Assembly: GCA_030770535.1 (NCBI GenBank)
Contig: JASVEC010000001.1
Location: forward strand, 1,984,001-2,048,000
Reading direction: 5' to 3'
Origin: Batkoa obscura
Lineage: Eukaryota
DNA length: 64,000 nt
Positions 25,186-37,172 of this stretch are shown here, piece by piece. Within the stretch, counting starts at the first letter, position 1, and the number at the start of each line of letters is the position of its first letter. The notes under the pieces were generated by a model. That model was given only the letters and a program-made list of their open reading frames with translations, made no database searches and was not told the origin of the DNA. The position numbers and the translations under genes are program-made.

Positions 25186-26768
25186 TTAGCCAAGAAGTAT
25201 ATTTGCGGCCAAATCAACATCTCCGTTTGTTTGTACAAGTAAGGCAACGGCGTATTCTCTTGTGATACCACCTAGTTCCATTAAATCTTTAATGGCTTTT
25301 TCTGAAACCTGAGAGTTTGCTAATAGAAAATATTACTTTAACTTATTATTTGCATCTACAAATACTTACTTCCTTGTGGTAAGGTATTTGAAGAACTCGT
25401 AGCTTGGTTATTTGGAGTTGAACTTGAAACAGTATTTTGCTCATTCGGATCACCTTGGAAATTTGATTTTGGAATCTGATGTTCTGGTAAAAATGGTATT
25501 TTTTCGTCATTAATGACTAATGCATTAAGCTTAAGGTCAATACAGGCCTATGTAATATTCAATCAGTTTAATACCAAAGCTATTTTTACAATCATATACC
25601 TGATATCTTTTAAGCATGTCTAACCCGAACAATAAGTCAACATCTTTGCCCTATTATTTTTAATAAAATTATCATCATTGGTATTGTATACTATACCTCA
25701 AGAACCATAAATGAACAAGGGTAGAAGTTTGCTCCTATTTTAATTGGAGCATTGTGTACTCTACCTAAAATCTTTGCAGTACCAACTCCCCTTGCTATAC
25801 CTTGAAACCTAGTATCTAAGAGCCTCATCAAACTATATAACAATTAATAATAGCATAATAGCTTTACATTTTAACTTACCCGCATTTTTCAGCACAACTA
25901 GGGCTAACTAGAAAAAATTGTTAAGGCATGGATTTTTTAAATATTAATATTTACTAATAGTTGATTGAGCGCCAGAATCAACAAACGCTTTAACATGAAC
26001 GCCATTCACTTCTATATCGATATATAACATATGAACCTTTCATAATAAATAAAAGATAAAATTAGAAAAATTATTATTTACTTGACCAAAAGATTCTGGG
26101 TTATGTTCCATAGCCTCTTTCATATTTTCCATTACATTTTGGTTACGGATTATTTCTTCAATCTTTTTTTGAGCTTCTATATTAAATGGATCTGCTTCTA
26201 ATAGAGCCTAATATAATATTACTTATTTATTCAATACTTCAATTTATCTATTTCTTTTTACCATTTCTTTTTCTCTTTCAAATTCCATTTCCCTTTGCTT
26301 TCGTTCAAACTCTATAAAGAGTCTAGCGAATTTTGCTGGGTCATTAACGGCAGCTTCAGCCAACTCTGGAGAGGTCTAGAAACTTAAATAATTATTTCAC
26401 GTTTATAAAATTAATATAACCTCTTCTAATCTTCTTTTTAACTCAGGTATAGTAAGAATCTTTTGTCTTAATGCTTCAGGATTAGTACCAAAAGAGGTTG
26501 AATTATTAAATGAAGATTGAGGTAGTTGAGTTTGTGGGTTAGCTTCTAAAGATAATACGTTGGCTACTAGAATATCGTTTTCTTGTACTCCGTAATCATC
26601 TAGACTTTTGGTTGGTTCAGCAAGTTCTTTATTATTATAAAGTATTAATATTCTTTCTTCTGGTTGATCCAATTCAGCTCCTAATAATGCTTTAAAGGAT
26701 TGTATATCCATAGAACCATGAACTTCTAAATTATGTAATTCTTCCCCTACTGATATTGTTAGCTTCAT
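25186..26768 (-). CDS. DDI1: DNA damage-inducible protein 1 (UBL, retroviral-type aspartyl protease, UBA), multi-exon
   Basis: N-terminal [67 protein letters not shown]-terminal UBA-like ...[14 protein letters not shown]. Confidence 0.95.
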
Positions 26769-27097
26769 TTGTAAAAGAGAAATGATGACGTTTACGATTT
26801 TTAGTTTATTTTGAATCTTTTAAATTCTATTAATAAGTTTAGGTTAAATTAAATAATTCATTAGCTAATAATTAACACGATAATTGAATTTTATATCAAA
26901 TTAGCTTTTAATTTTTTAAAAATATTGACTTCATTTCCAAAAGGATTATTGTAATGTTCAATTTGAAGCGTAAGTATTTTTTATAAAACAAAAATTGATT
27001 GCTATACAAACATAAAAAGCAATTAGTCAGGAGATGATTTATTTATATTCTTTGTGATAAGGAAATCATAGATATCTTTTAAAGTTAGTCAAAGATT

Positions 27098-28050
27098 TTA
27101 ATTTCTAGCTCTCTTGGAAGTTTGCTGAACTTCTTCTTCTTCTTCTTCTTCATCATCCTCAACTTCTTCATCATCGCTAAAGTCTTCTGCTCCTTCATTA
27201 CCAATATAGAAGCTAACTATTAGTAATTATTTCTATTAACAGTAGATATAAACATTACTCTAAAGCAGTTGGATAGAGTTCTTCAATGAAAAATGTATCA
27301 GCACCAAGGGCTTCTTTAGCAGTTAACCATTCAATGAAGGTTATACCTTCTGAATCTTCATCTTGCTCTGTGACTTTAATTTCCTAATATAGTATAAACC
27401 AATGTAAGAATTAAAGCTAGTATAAGAAATTTACTTTTCCTGCTTTCCATTCAAGCTTGTCGCTTTTGGGAACTAATTGTGGGTGAGCATGGTCATTCTC
27501 TTCATTCTTAACATCTAAGATTGTTAAATCACGAGTATATTTTTTATTACTAATATAATCGTTGTCATTAAATTCCTAATTTTATCGCATTAGCTATTTT
27601 TAATGGTATAAATTTAAAAACATACAAAAACTAAAGCTCCATTAGTAAGGTTTCCTTCTCTATAATCAACAGTGATATTTTTAATACTGTCTAAAATCTA
27701 AAGAAAGTAAAAATGAATAAAAAAACAAAAAAACAAAAAATTAAGTTACACTAGATACCTCAGGTGTATTGACATCGTCTATTGGATAAGGTTAAAACTA
27801 AAACAAGTAGAAATAAAAAACACTTACCAAAGATACCAGAGTTTCTTATAGCATTACCCCAAAAGTTATCAATTTTTTGAAAAATCTTATCAAGAGCCTT
27901 AAAGTGAGGTTCTTTTTTAACAAAATACTTAGCTTTAAGGATTTCTACTTCGTGTTCTTTTTCGTGCTCAAGTTGAGAAACTTTTTCATAGAGGCTATCG
28001 ATTTGGGCTTCTAATTCTGGGGTTATATTATGGCTGGCTCCGTTACTCAT
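27098..28050 (-). CDS. Nucleosome assembly protein family histone chaperone (SET/Vps75-like), multi-exon
   Basis: Long N-terminal helix, IFQKIDNFWGNAI, FEFNDNDYISN, LEWKAGK, FIEELYPTALE and an acidic tail ending in SKRARN. Confidence 0.85.
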
Positions 28051-28847
28051 TTTATTTTCCTTTATGTTCGTAAAAAGATAACTTTGTCCATCATTATTTT
28101 GATTTATATACTTTTCCTAATAATCCTAAGCTTACTATTATGGGTCCATTTTGTTTACATGACGTTACTGATTTCCAATCATTTTTATTATCTTATCGAA
28201 TAGAATCAATACGGCTACAACCTGCTTTGAATTAACTAAGGTAAGACTTACGTGATCTATTCTAAAAATTTGATTGGCTGAATTAACTTTAATTTTTTTC
28301 GAATTGTATAACTATTAGAATTACAATATTACAAAAAGAATGAATAGTCTTATTATGAGCCTTTATTTAAATCTATAAAATAAAAGCTCCATATTGTATT
28401 TTTAGATGTAATAAATCAATGTAATTTTAATTTCTACAAAGAAATTAGTTGATATTTTTTCAACTTCCATGATTAAAAGTAAACCAAATTATTAAGAAAA
28501 AAATATTTAAAGTATTATAGTAGATATAAAAACCGTTCAAAAATCTCAATGATTTAAAATTAAGGAATAATTTTTAATAAAAGAACTGCAGTGTTTCTTT
28601 AAACAACTTAGTACTTAAAATAAAATTAAGTTTATAAAAATTTATCCTTATTTTTTACTGTTAATTTATCTTCAGGAATTCAAACTTGGCTATTATATAA
28701 GAGCCTCTTGTTTCGTCAATTACTTACTCATTAAAACTTAACTTTTGAAAAAAAAATCGGTCTTTAAAGAGATACAAGTAAAAAACACGACCATGTTTTA
28801 GATAAATTGACATTGCTCATCAACTATTGCTTATTAAACTATCGATG

Positions 28848-29085
28848 ATGAGCACCAGGGCCGGTTGCTATCTTTATTACTATTATTTTTGATGCCCTAG
28901 CTATCATTAGCAGTGGGAATAATTTAGATTATATATTTAAAGCTATCAACGCCTTAATTAGAGGAATCAGACAACATAGATCCTCAAATCCAAAATTCAA
29001 AATGGAGCAATCTTCTATTGCTTCAGTAGCTGACGAATCTTAGCTAGATGAGTCATTACCTATTGGTACTCATCCTGCTTTTTAA
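28848..29085 (+). pseudogene. Pseudogene paralog of the adjacent secreted Pro/Ala-rich peptide gene
   Basis: VAIFITIIFDALAIISSGNNLDYIFKAINALIRGIRQH aligns with VALFIGTIFAAPAIMQDGDTLG-VTKALDTVTKGLGKH. One-base frameshift just after ATG 28848, in-frame TAG at 29041, and a shared upstream TATTAAACTA. Confidence 0.7.
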
Positions 29086-29299
29086 TACTTAATTTTATTT
29101 TAGCATTAGTTAAGTAGATGAGCTTTTAACTTCTATCAAATCTTGGAAAGCAGATTTAATGCATATTTTTTAACTATCACTCATATAAACAAATTAAGTA
29201 TTAAGATTAAATTATTATCACTAACAAGATATAATGATATATATTGAAATGTTTATTATAAGGTAATAATATGTGAGAGGTAGCAAAGAATCTATTCCT

Positions 29300-29539
29300 T
29301 TAAGGCTTAACGGCTGGAGGAGCAGCAATTGGAGGAGCAGCTGTAGGAGGAGCAGCTGCGGGAGGAGCAACTACAGGAGGATTAGCTACAGGAGGTGCTG
29401 GAGTTGTATCCTTATGTTTTCCAAGTCCTTTAGTTACAGTATCAAGAGCTTTAGTAACACCCAAAGTATCACCATCTTGCATAATAGCTGGTGCAGCAAA
29501 GATAGTACCAATAAAGAGAGCAACTAATTTAATATTCAT
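29300..29539 (-). CDS. Small secreted Pro/Ala-rich protein (79 aa)
   Basis: Signal-peptide-like MNIKLVALFIGTIFA followed by (A/V)APP repeats. Confidence 0.75.
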   Translation of the reverse strand: MNIKLVALFIGTIFAAPAIMQDGDTLGVTKALDTVTKGLGKHKDTTPAPPVANPPVVAPPAAAPPTAAPPIAAPPAVKP

Positions 29540-30281
29540 TGTTGATTAGTTTAATAGATTGTAATTAATAATTAGTAATATTTGTTTGATACTTTAGAAT
29601 GTTCATTATACTTCTTTTTTATACTTGATATTTGGAATTCTTCATTACATCAACAAAATAGCGTTGTATCTTTTTATCATAGTTTTAACTCAATAATATT
29701 TTCCTAGTGTCAACTATTGATTATTGTTTCAACTTATTTTGGATTGTAGAGTATAACTTATCGTTAATTTCAAACAGTCCTTATTTTATCATTTAGTTAT
29801 ACTCTTTAGTTTATTACGTTGTTAGATATCATTATATTATCATTTATATTTAGCTTTATTTACGAATATTGACTTTATTGAGATATTTAACTTCCGGTTA
29901 TTTCATATTAAAATTAATTTATACAAAAATGGTTAATTAAAGTGTTGAAAATTTTCTTGTTAAAAATGGTCAATTTCGATTTTACAAAAGATTATACAAT
30001 CCTGTTATAGTCAAATATCATGTTCTAAATTTCTTTCTCTTCCCTCTTGATTATTTTGGAAATAAAGTTGATACTATTATTCTTTCTAATTAATAAGTAT
30101 CATTTAAAAATTAATTCTTTGTTGCTATCGTTAGTAATAGTATTTAAAGTTTTTGTAATTTTAATTAAATCAAAGCATATGATAATTTGCTATTTAGCTT
30201 TTATTTAAACAACTCATAATGGTGATAATCCATAGGTTTTTCTAAAATATAATGGAGGTTTATACTATAAGTATGATATAT

Positions 30282-30375
30282 GGGAATGTATTTTTTTCGT
30301 TGTTTTGTCCACTTTTTAATCAGCTTAAAATTTTAAAAAGTCAATAATTAAATTTTAGTCTAAAAAAACACACTC
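30282..30375 (+). mobile_element. MITE-like repeat, family B copy
   Basis: Ends TATGGGAATG...ACACTCATA; the interior matches the reverse complement of 61340-61424. Confidence 0.6.
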
Positions 30376-30408
30376 ATATTTTAATAAATGAATAAATAAA
30401 TTATATTT

Positions 30409-30506
30409 TAGGATGTATTTTTGTGTTTAAGAATTCTACTAACAGTTTTTCTGCTCAAATAGTGCCTAAAAAATGGAAAAAGTGATAAAACCAAAAAAAC
30501 ATCCTC
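30409..30506 (+). mobile_element. MITE-like repeat, family A copy 2
   Basis: Aligns with 3458-3554 (aagaatt.tactaaca...caaatag.gc.taaaaaatggaaaa.gtgat.aaaccaaaaaaacatcctca). Confidence 0.7.
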
Positions 30507-30779
30507 AATGTTAATTGGAAGTGTTTCAAGAAAACTAAACTATTTAATCTAAATAATTATACTAAAATTTATTTTATAGTAATAGTAATTTTATTGATCA
30601 ATGTTGTTTTATTACTATGATTTTTACAAAATTATTAAATGTAAGCTATAATCAAATGTATGCTTTATAAGTACGTTTTTAAAATTATTATGGATTATTG
30701 AAATGATGGTAGTAAGATTAATCAAATAAGTTTCACTTAAAATATACTTGAAAACTTGTTATTACAAGTTTTCAAAATT

Positions 30780-31700
30780 TAAAAGTAACAATCAATAGCA
30801 TTGACTATGGGTAGATATTAGGGGCGCTTAAATACTGCCTATATCAAATCGAAGTGGCCGAAATTCATGGATATATTAGAAACATCAAAGATGTCATTAA
30901 GTACTTTAATCCAAATATGCTAAAACCACTTAAAATAGATGGTGGTAGTGCGCTAGATCTCGACGGATTAGATATAACTAAAATGGAGTTTGATAAATTA
31001 AATAAAGTATGTTTAGGATCTTATGAATTCACACACACTTCTGATGAAATAGATCCTAATATAAATTTTAATTCAAATATGGAATCAAAAATTGAAGGCG
31101 GTTTTAACCTTGACATTTGGTGCTTTAGTGACTTGAATCGATTAAAGAGTATTAAATAATAATAGCAATTTAAAACTAGTTGGAAATAGTAATGTTACTA
31201 ATTTAGGTGATTTCGATTTCAATTATCATTTTAATAATGACTTTTTGGATTTATCAAGTTTAAAGGAAATTCATCTTATTAACATATCAATAGGTATTTA
31301 GTATCAATTTCTTTGATGCCAAATGATCAATTTATCCACTTTAAGTCTTTAAATTTTACCATTCTGAAGATACTATATAAACATTTTTTAGATGTAGATG
31401 AACTTAACAAAAAGGAGCATAATTTGATTAAATGTAAATTTTTTAAACAAAGTTAACATCAATTACTCTAAACTTACAATTTATAAGTTTGTCTGCTTTT
31501 TATCTTTTTTCCCTAACCTTAAGGTATTAAAAATCAGAGATTTAAATTTAATACATTTAGATACTAACTTTAATTATAAACTTTTTACTTCTTTATTGTG
31601 ATTGGGTCTATTAAACATTTGAATAAAGGTGCTTGTAATAAGTTGGAACAAATTCCAATGTCAAACTGGGTGAAAGTAGAATAAGAGCATTATTAACTAT
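30780..31700 (+). pseudogene. Decayed LRR-type (F-box/LRR-like) gene relic
   Basis: ORF 30854-31159 plus stop- and frameshift-broken fragments with LxxLxL patterns (LNRLKSIK, LSSLKEIHLINI, FFPNLKVLKIRDL). Boundaries are approximate. Confidence 0.45.
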
Positions 31701-32169
31701 GTTTAAATTCTAACACCTAAATCTATTGCTGCTTTATATTTTACATTAGCATTTTCATATTGTATATAATTTATTATATTAACCATATCTACTCTGAATT
31801 CTATTTTACATTATCTTAATAATGTTATCTTATACTTTATAAATATATATGTCGTTATTTATTGTAAACAAATGCATCTTATTTTTCAATAATATAATCT
31901 ATTTATTTTTTTAAACTAATATCCTTTATTCTAACTAAACTATTTTGTTAAAAATAAAAAGTAAACTTAGTTAGTTTAGTTACCTCAATGTTTAGCTTTG
32001 GAGTTAACATGGAACCACTGAAGTTCGGGATTATCCGTTAAAATTTTGCAAATTATTTAGATAAATAATAATTTATCAACTAAATAAACACTATTTAATG
32101 TGTGACTTTATATTAATGTTATTGCAACTAAATTTAAACAGTTTTACATTAAAGTTACAGCTACTATAT

Positions 32170-32267
32170 GAGGATGTTTTTTTGATTTCATTACTTTTTC
32201 CATTTTTTAAGCGCTATTTGACCGAAAAGATTGTTAGTAAAATTCTTAAATAAAGAAATACATTCCC
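32170..32267 (-). mobile_element. MITE-like repeat, family A copy 3 (inverted)
   Basis: Reverse complement TATGGGAATG...AACATCCTCATA is nearly identical to 3455-3557. Confidence 0.75.
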
Positions 32268-32384
32268 ATATTATGTTAGTCGAAACTACTTTAAATTCTG
32301 ATTTATGATGTTTTAACATTATCTTATGCTTAATAAACTTTTATACTTTTATTATGTTTTCTAACTATTATAAATTAACTTTGT

Positions 32385-32437
32385 GTTTGTTTTATTTGTT
32401 TATTTTGTTTATTTTGTTTATTTTGTTTATTTTTTGT
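32385..32437. repeat. Short tandem repeat (TTGTTTATT)n
   Basis: About five ~9-nt units visible directly. Confidence 0.7.
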
Positions 32438-32721
32438 TAACATTCATTAACTTTATTAGCTATCTTTCTACAAACTAAAACAAAACTGAATGAATTTATC
32501 ACACTTAACGCCCTGGCTTTAAAGTTAGCAAGGATAGTGTTTAAGTCTGTACAGGCAGGCTTTTCGATGTAGCTTAATATATTAGCTATGATAATTATCT
32601 TATGAGTATGTCCATACATTTAAGAGATATCATCAAACATTTGAATATGCTTTTCTTAAACTTAACATAATAAAATAAAATAAAATAAAATTAACACAAT
32701 ACAAGCTTTAGTTAAATATAT

Positions 32722-32992
32722 AGGAATGTTTTTACCAATTGCTCATTTTTGCTGCTTTTTTAAAATTTAGAAATTAACCAGTACAGTTATTTAAATTTAG
32801 ATGTATCCTGACTAACTATTTATTTTATAATAAAAAATTAAGCATTAAGCGACAAATTGGCATAATAATACGAATAGCTAATTATAAAATTCATTATCAA
32901 CCAGTACATGTTCGAACTTACAACTGGATTGGTTAATTAATTTCTAAATTTGAAAAATTAGCAAAAAAGGGCAATTAATAAAAAACATTCCC
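32722..32992. mobile_element. ~270-bp MITE with ~70-bp imperfect terminal inverted repeats (family C)
   Basis: Left arm AGGAATGTTTTTACCAATTGCTC...AAATTTAGAAATTAACCAG matches the reverse complement of the right arm 32921-32992, which ends CATTCCC. No internal ORF. Confidence 0.7.
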
Positions 32993-33263
32993 ATGTATTA
33001 TTTAATTAGAGTAGCTTCCAATTAAATATTTTCATTGTTTTTAATCTGTAGTTAAAATTTTTAAGTTGGATCTAAAAATATATAATAATCTATGGTCGCT
33101 TAAATTCATACTAGAAAAAAATAGTTACAAATTTAAAGCAATAAAGACTTCTAGCTGCAAGCTACCCTAATTTTGAACTTAATAATTGTTTACAAAAAAA
33201 CAAATCTGTTTGTTTGGTTTATAAAACTAAAATTAATCACTTCTAACAAAAAAATAAATTCAA

Positions 33264-34430
33264 ATGATGCAAGAAATGGTAGAAAGGGATAGAAATGAAG
33301 GGGAAAGAGCTATAAATGAGACAAATGGTGATGATATAGAGGCATACCAATCAAGAAATCAAGAATACAGAGATTTAACGGAAAAAATTGAAGGTAAGCC
33401 ATAAGTAAAATATTAGCTATAAAATTAATCTTTTTTAGCTGCTAAAACGGAACCAGAAAAAGGACATCATGGATTGTTATCTTATAGTTTGAAACTAGCG
33501 AATAGGTTATTTAAACATGGTAAGAGGATATATAATAAATAAATAAATGAGCAAGTTGTAAATTTATTTTTTAGTAAGAAACCCATTTGAAGCCAGTATG
33601 GATAGTAAACTATTAAAGATGACTTCCGAACTTGGACAACAGGCAGCTAAGAGAATAAAGTTAGAAGACAACTGTATAGATCCAGAACTATTTGTTGCTA
33701 AATTAAAAGATTTTAAATACGAGAAAAATGACACATTGGTTAAGCAAATGGATATTGAGACTATACCAACCAGTTATCACTTATCTAATTTAGTTAAATA
33801 TCATTGGAATAAAGCACCAAGTGTCAATGTGTAATTTGAATTTTTAAATTGGCTAAAGTAGATCTTTAATTGTTTAGGTTAGGAATGCTAGGTTTGGCAA
33901 GAAGAGTAACGAGAAAGGTGGCTAGAAGAAAAGAGTTGGGATTAAACAAAAGAGCAGCAGTTCAATCAGAACAGGTATTATATATTAATTATGTCATATA
34001 TTGTATTAAATTCTTCAATTAGGTAGATCATAAAGATTTAGCCAAGAATGGTAGCTCCACTGTGAATGAAGCAAAAGATATTTATATACTATTACAGCAA
34101 TATGGGGAAATATCCTTATTTGAGTTTGCACTTAATCCAATGAGTTTTGGACAATCAGTAGAAAATTTATTTTATATATCTTTTTTGATTAAGGAAGGCA
34201 AAGCTAAACTTGAGTTGAACGAAGATACAAATATTTTAATGTTATCCGCTGCATCTGCCCCTACTAAAGATGATTATCAAAAAGGTTTAAAAAAGAAACA
34301 AATTATCATGGAATTGGATTATCAATCTTGGGAAGGTTTAATCGCTTTTTTTAATATTAAAAGATCGGTTATACCGGATAGGCAAGCCTATAATAGCAAT
34401 GAAATGGCAACTAGTTATATTGTTGAATAA
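33264..34430 (+). CDS. NSE4: Smc5/6 kleisin subunit Nse4 (multi-exon)
   Basis: ANRLFKHVRNPFEASMDSKLL, and C-terminal ISLFEFALNPMSFGQSVENLFYISFLIKEG and QIIMELDYQSW. Confidence 0.92.
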
Positions 34431-34548
34431 TAATATGCGATAAACGATAAACGATAAACGATAATAATGGGCAAATAAAAGTATATTTATTAAATTCTTA
34501 TTTTATTATTATGAATTTTAATAAAAAATGAGACACGATTTTAGTTTA

Positions 34549-36703
34549 TTAATTTAGTGAACCAAACTTTTCATTCCATTCAATATAAAAATCTAATTCT
34601 TTAGGATCTACAGAAGCTCTTACTTGTTTTAAAGCCAATAAAAGGTCATTTAGTTCTATTGGTCTAACTTCATCCAGCTTGGCAGTAGCAATACAAGCAA
34701 TACTACGAATGGGTCCAAGAGCAGCTTCACGGCATAAGCCATCCATATCCGATCCAGAATAGCCCTGTGTAAGTTTTGCTACATGGTCAATTTCCTCATC
34801 GGTAAGACCATGCGCTAAATTCTTTTTCAATAAATTTTCTATAATTTTTCTTCTACCATTTTGTTCCGGCAATGGAATATACACTCGTTTTCGAAACCTT
34901 CGTCGTGCTGCTTCATCGATTTCCTGTGGTCGATTGGTAGCTCCAATAACCAATACTCTATCGTCTTCTGAAGTGGCACAACCATCTAATTGAACTAAAA
35001 ATTCTGTTTTAATACGCCTTGTTGCTTCTACTTCGCCATCCGTTCTTTGTGTCAATAAAGAATCGATTTCATCTACAAATATAACTGAGGGTTGATGACA
35101 TCTTGCTACAGCAAATAGTGCTCGTACCATCTTTTCTCCATCACCGATCCATTTTGATGTCAATGATGACGAAGAGATAGAAAAAAAGGTTGCGTTACTT
35201 TGATTAGCAATACATTTACCTATCAACGTTTTACCTGTGCCTGGTGGTCCAAATAATAAAAGGCCTTTGGGTGGACCCAAAAGTCCTTTGAATATATCTG
35301 GTCTTAACATTGGCCATACGACAATCTCTTTAATTAAATTTTTAGCATGATCTAATCCTGCAATATCGTCCCAGTCTAACTTTAAGTCATGACTCATAAT
35401 TTCATTCATAATCCTTTCAACCATTTGTGGCTCTACATTTTTTAATCGTGGATCAACTTCTTCATCTTTATCATCTAAGTTAATTGTTTTCTTTTTCTTT
35501 TTGTTCGAATCTAAATTGTATGAACTATAAACAGTCAAATATACTCTTATAATAGTTTAAGTAAAGCTTACCTGTATTCCTTTCTAATCTCTTCAAATTC
35601 ATCCTCTTCATCAGTATCTCTCTTTTTTGCTGGATTTATAAATGGTTTATTGTTGTTATAGCCATGATTTTTATTATTTGAACGAGAGTTCAAATCTGAA
35701 GTTGATTTCTTTTTGGAATTCATTTGCTTGACAATAATAAATACGTTGATTATTACAAGTAAATTCAACTTACCAGTAACTGTTTTGCGGTTTTAAACTC
35801 TGTAGCACCATTTCTTCCTGATTCTGCTTCATCAGAATCATATTTCTTAGAAACCTTAATAATTAATAAACTTTTTATTTATTATTAAAATTACCTTTGG
35901 TGTGCTACTCGCCCTCCCTTGTTGTTTGTTACTCATGGGCTTTGCATTAGTATTATCATTACCACTATTGATAAAAATAAATAACTCGGCTTTAAAATGT
36001 TGAGTTATAAAATTATTACCCGTTAGTAACTATTGGTACATTAAAATCGGCCAAGCTTTTAACTTTGTATTTTTTGGGGAAAAACTATTGAATATCACAT
36101 TAAATGTCATGTTAAGACTATAATTACTCTTAAGCTTACCTTCAATGTGTATTCTGATAAACTACCTCTTTTTCCATTATCCTCCTGCTTAAACGCATCA
36201 AATAGAGAATGATTAACTTCTTGTCCAGTCAGTTTAAAAGTTAGTGGAGAATTTAAAATGGATTCATTAAAATTAAGATGATCTTTATCATCGGGTTTGA
36301 TTTCATTCCATAATTTTCTATGCTCCCTCAATAAGTCTAATTTCAAATTATTTTTTTGAAGGTGTAGATCATTTAAAACTCTATTCATAAATGGGATTCC
36401 CGATATTTTTTTACCCTTAGTATGTCCATTATCTAACTTCTTTAAACTTTCTTCCGTTCTTGGAAATAATAGCATTTTCGAATGCTCTAATTTATCACTA
36501 GCTGAATTGATATCCTTTAATGAAGACAGTAAATTGTTTAATTTTTGCTCAGGAGAGTGATTCTCATCTACTACTTTGAAACGCTCTACTTCTATTTTAG
36601 GTTGAAACTTCTTTGAGTCAAAATAGCTTAATGACAATGCTTCTTCTACTTCCAATATTGCTTCATCGAATACATCCGCTAAATTTGGCTTTTTACTTTC
36701 CAT
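34549..36703 (-). CDS. FIGNL1: Fidgetin-like 1 AAA+ ATPase (multi-exon)
   Basis: [45 protein letters not shown] and [15 protein letters not shown], with upstream FKTA and FINP motifs. Confidence 0.88.
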
Positions 36704-37172
36704 ATTATCAATCCTATTTTGACATTTAAGAAGTAAAATGCTTAAAAGCTGTTTAATATTTAGTGAAATTTACCATTTAAGGTAGAATTAATGCAAAAAA
36801 GGCACTGCGCAATAATATATATCATGCTTATAACTGTTTTTCTATAGAGTGATTATTAATAGAATGTTAATAAAATAGACTATCCTAGTAGCTTATATTA
36901 AAATTTATTTATTAAAAATTACAAAATATAAGAGAAAAAATCTTCAATATTTCATTAAACCTGTATTATTAAAATAATATTTGACTATAACATTGAAATA
37001 ATTGAGGCTAAAAATAGAATAAAAGTTATCTAGAACAAAAGCTAAAAAACACTGGTAAATCGTCATGACCAATAAAAAGGAAAAGGTATTTAGTGCTAAA
37101 ATTAAGATAGGTTTAATTATGGCTTTTGACATGAATCAAACAAAAGAAACAAATAAAATAAGTTTAAACGAA

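Noticed and set aside
34109..34120. ATATCCTT / GTATCCTT strings as U12-intron donors (also at 31919, 49506 and 61822)
   Set aside because: They fall inside exons, on the wrong strand, or in intergenic DNA; the introns I reconstructed are GT-AG U2-type.
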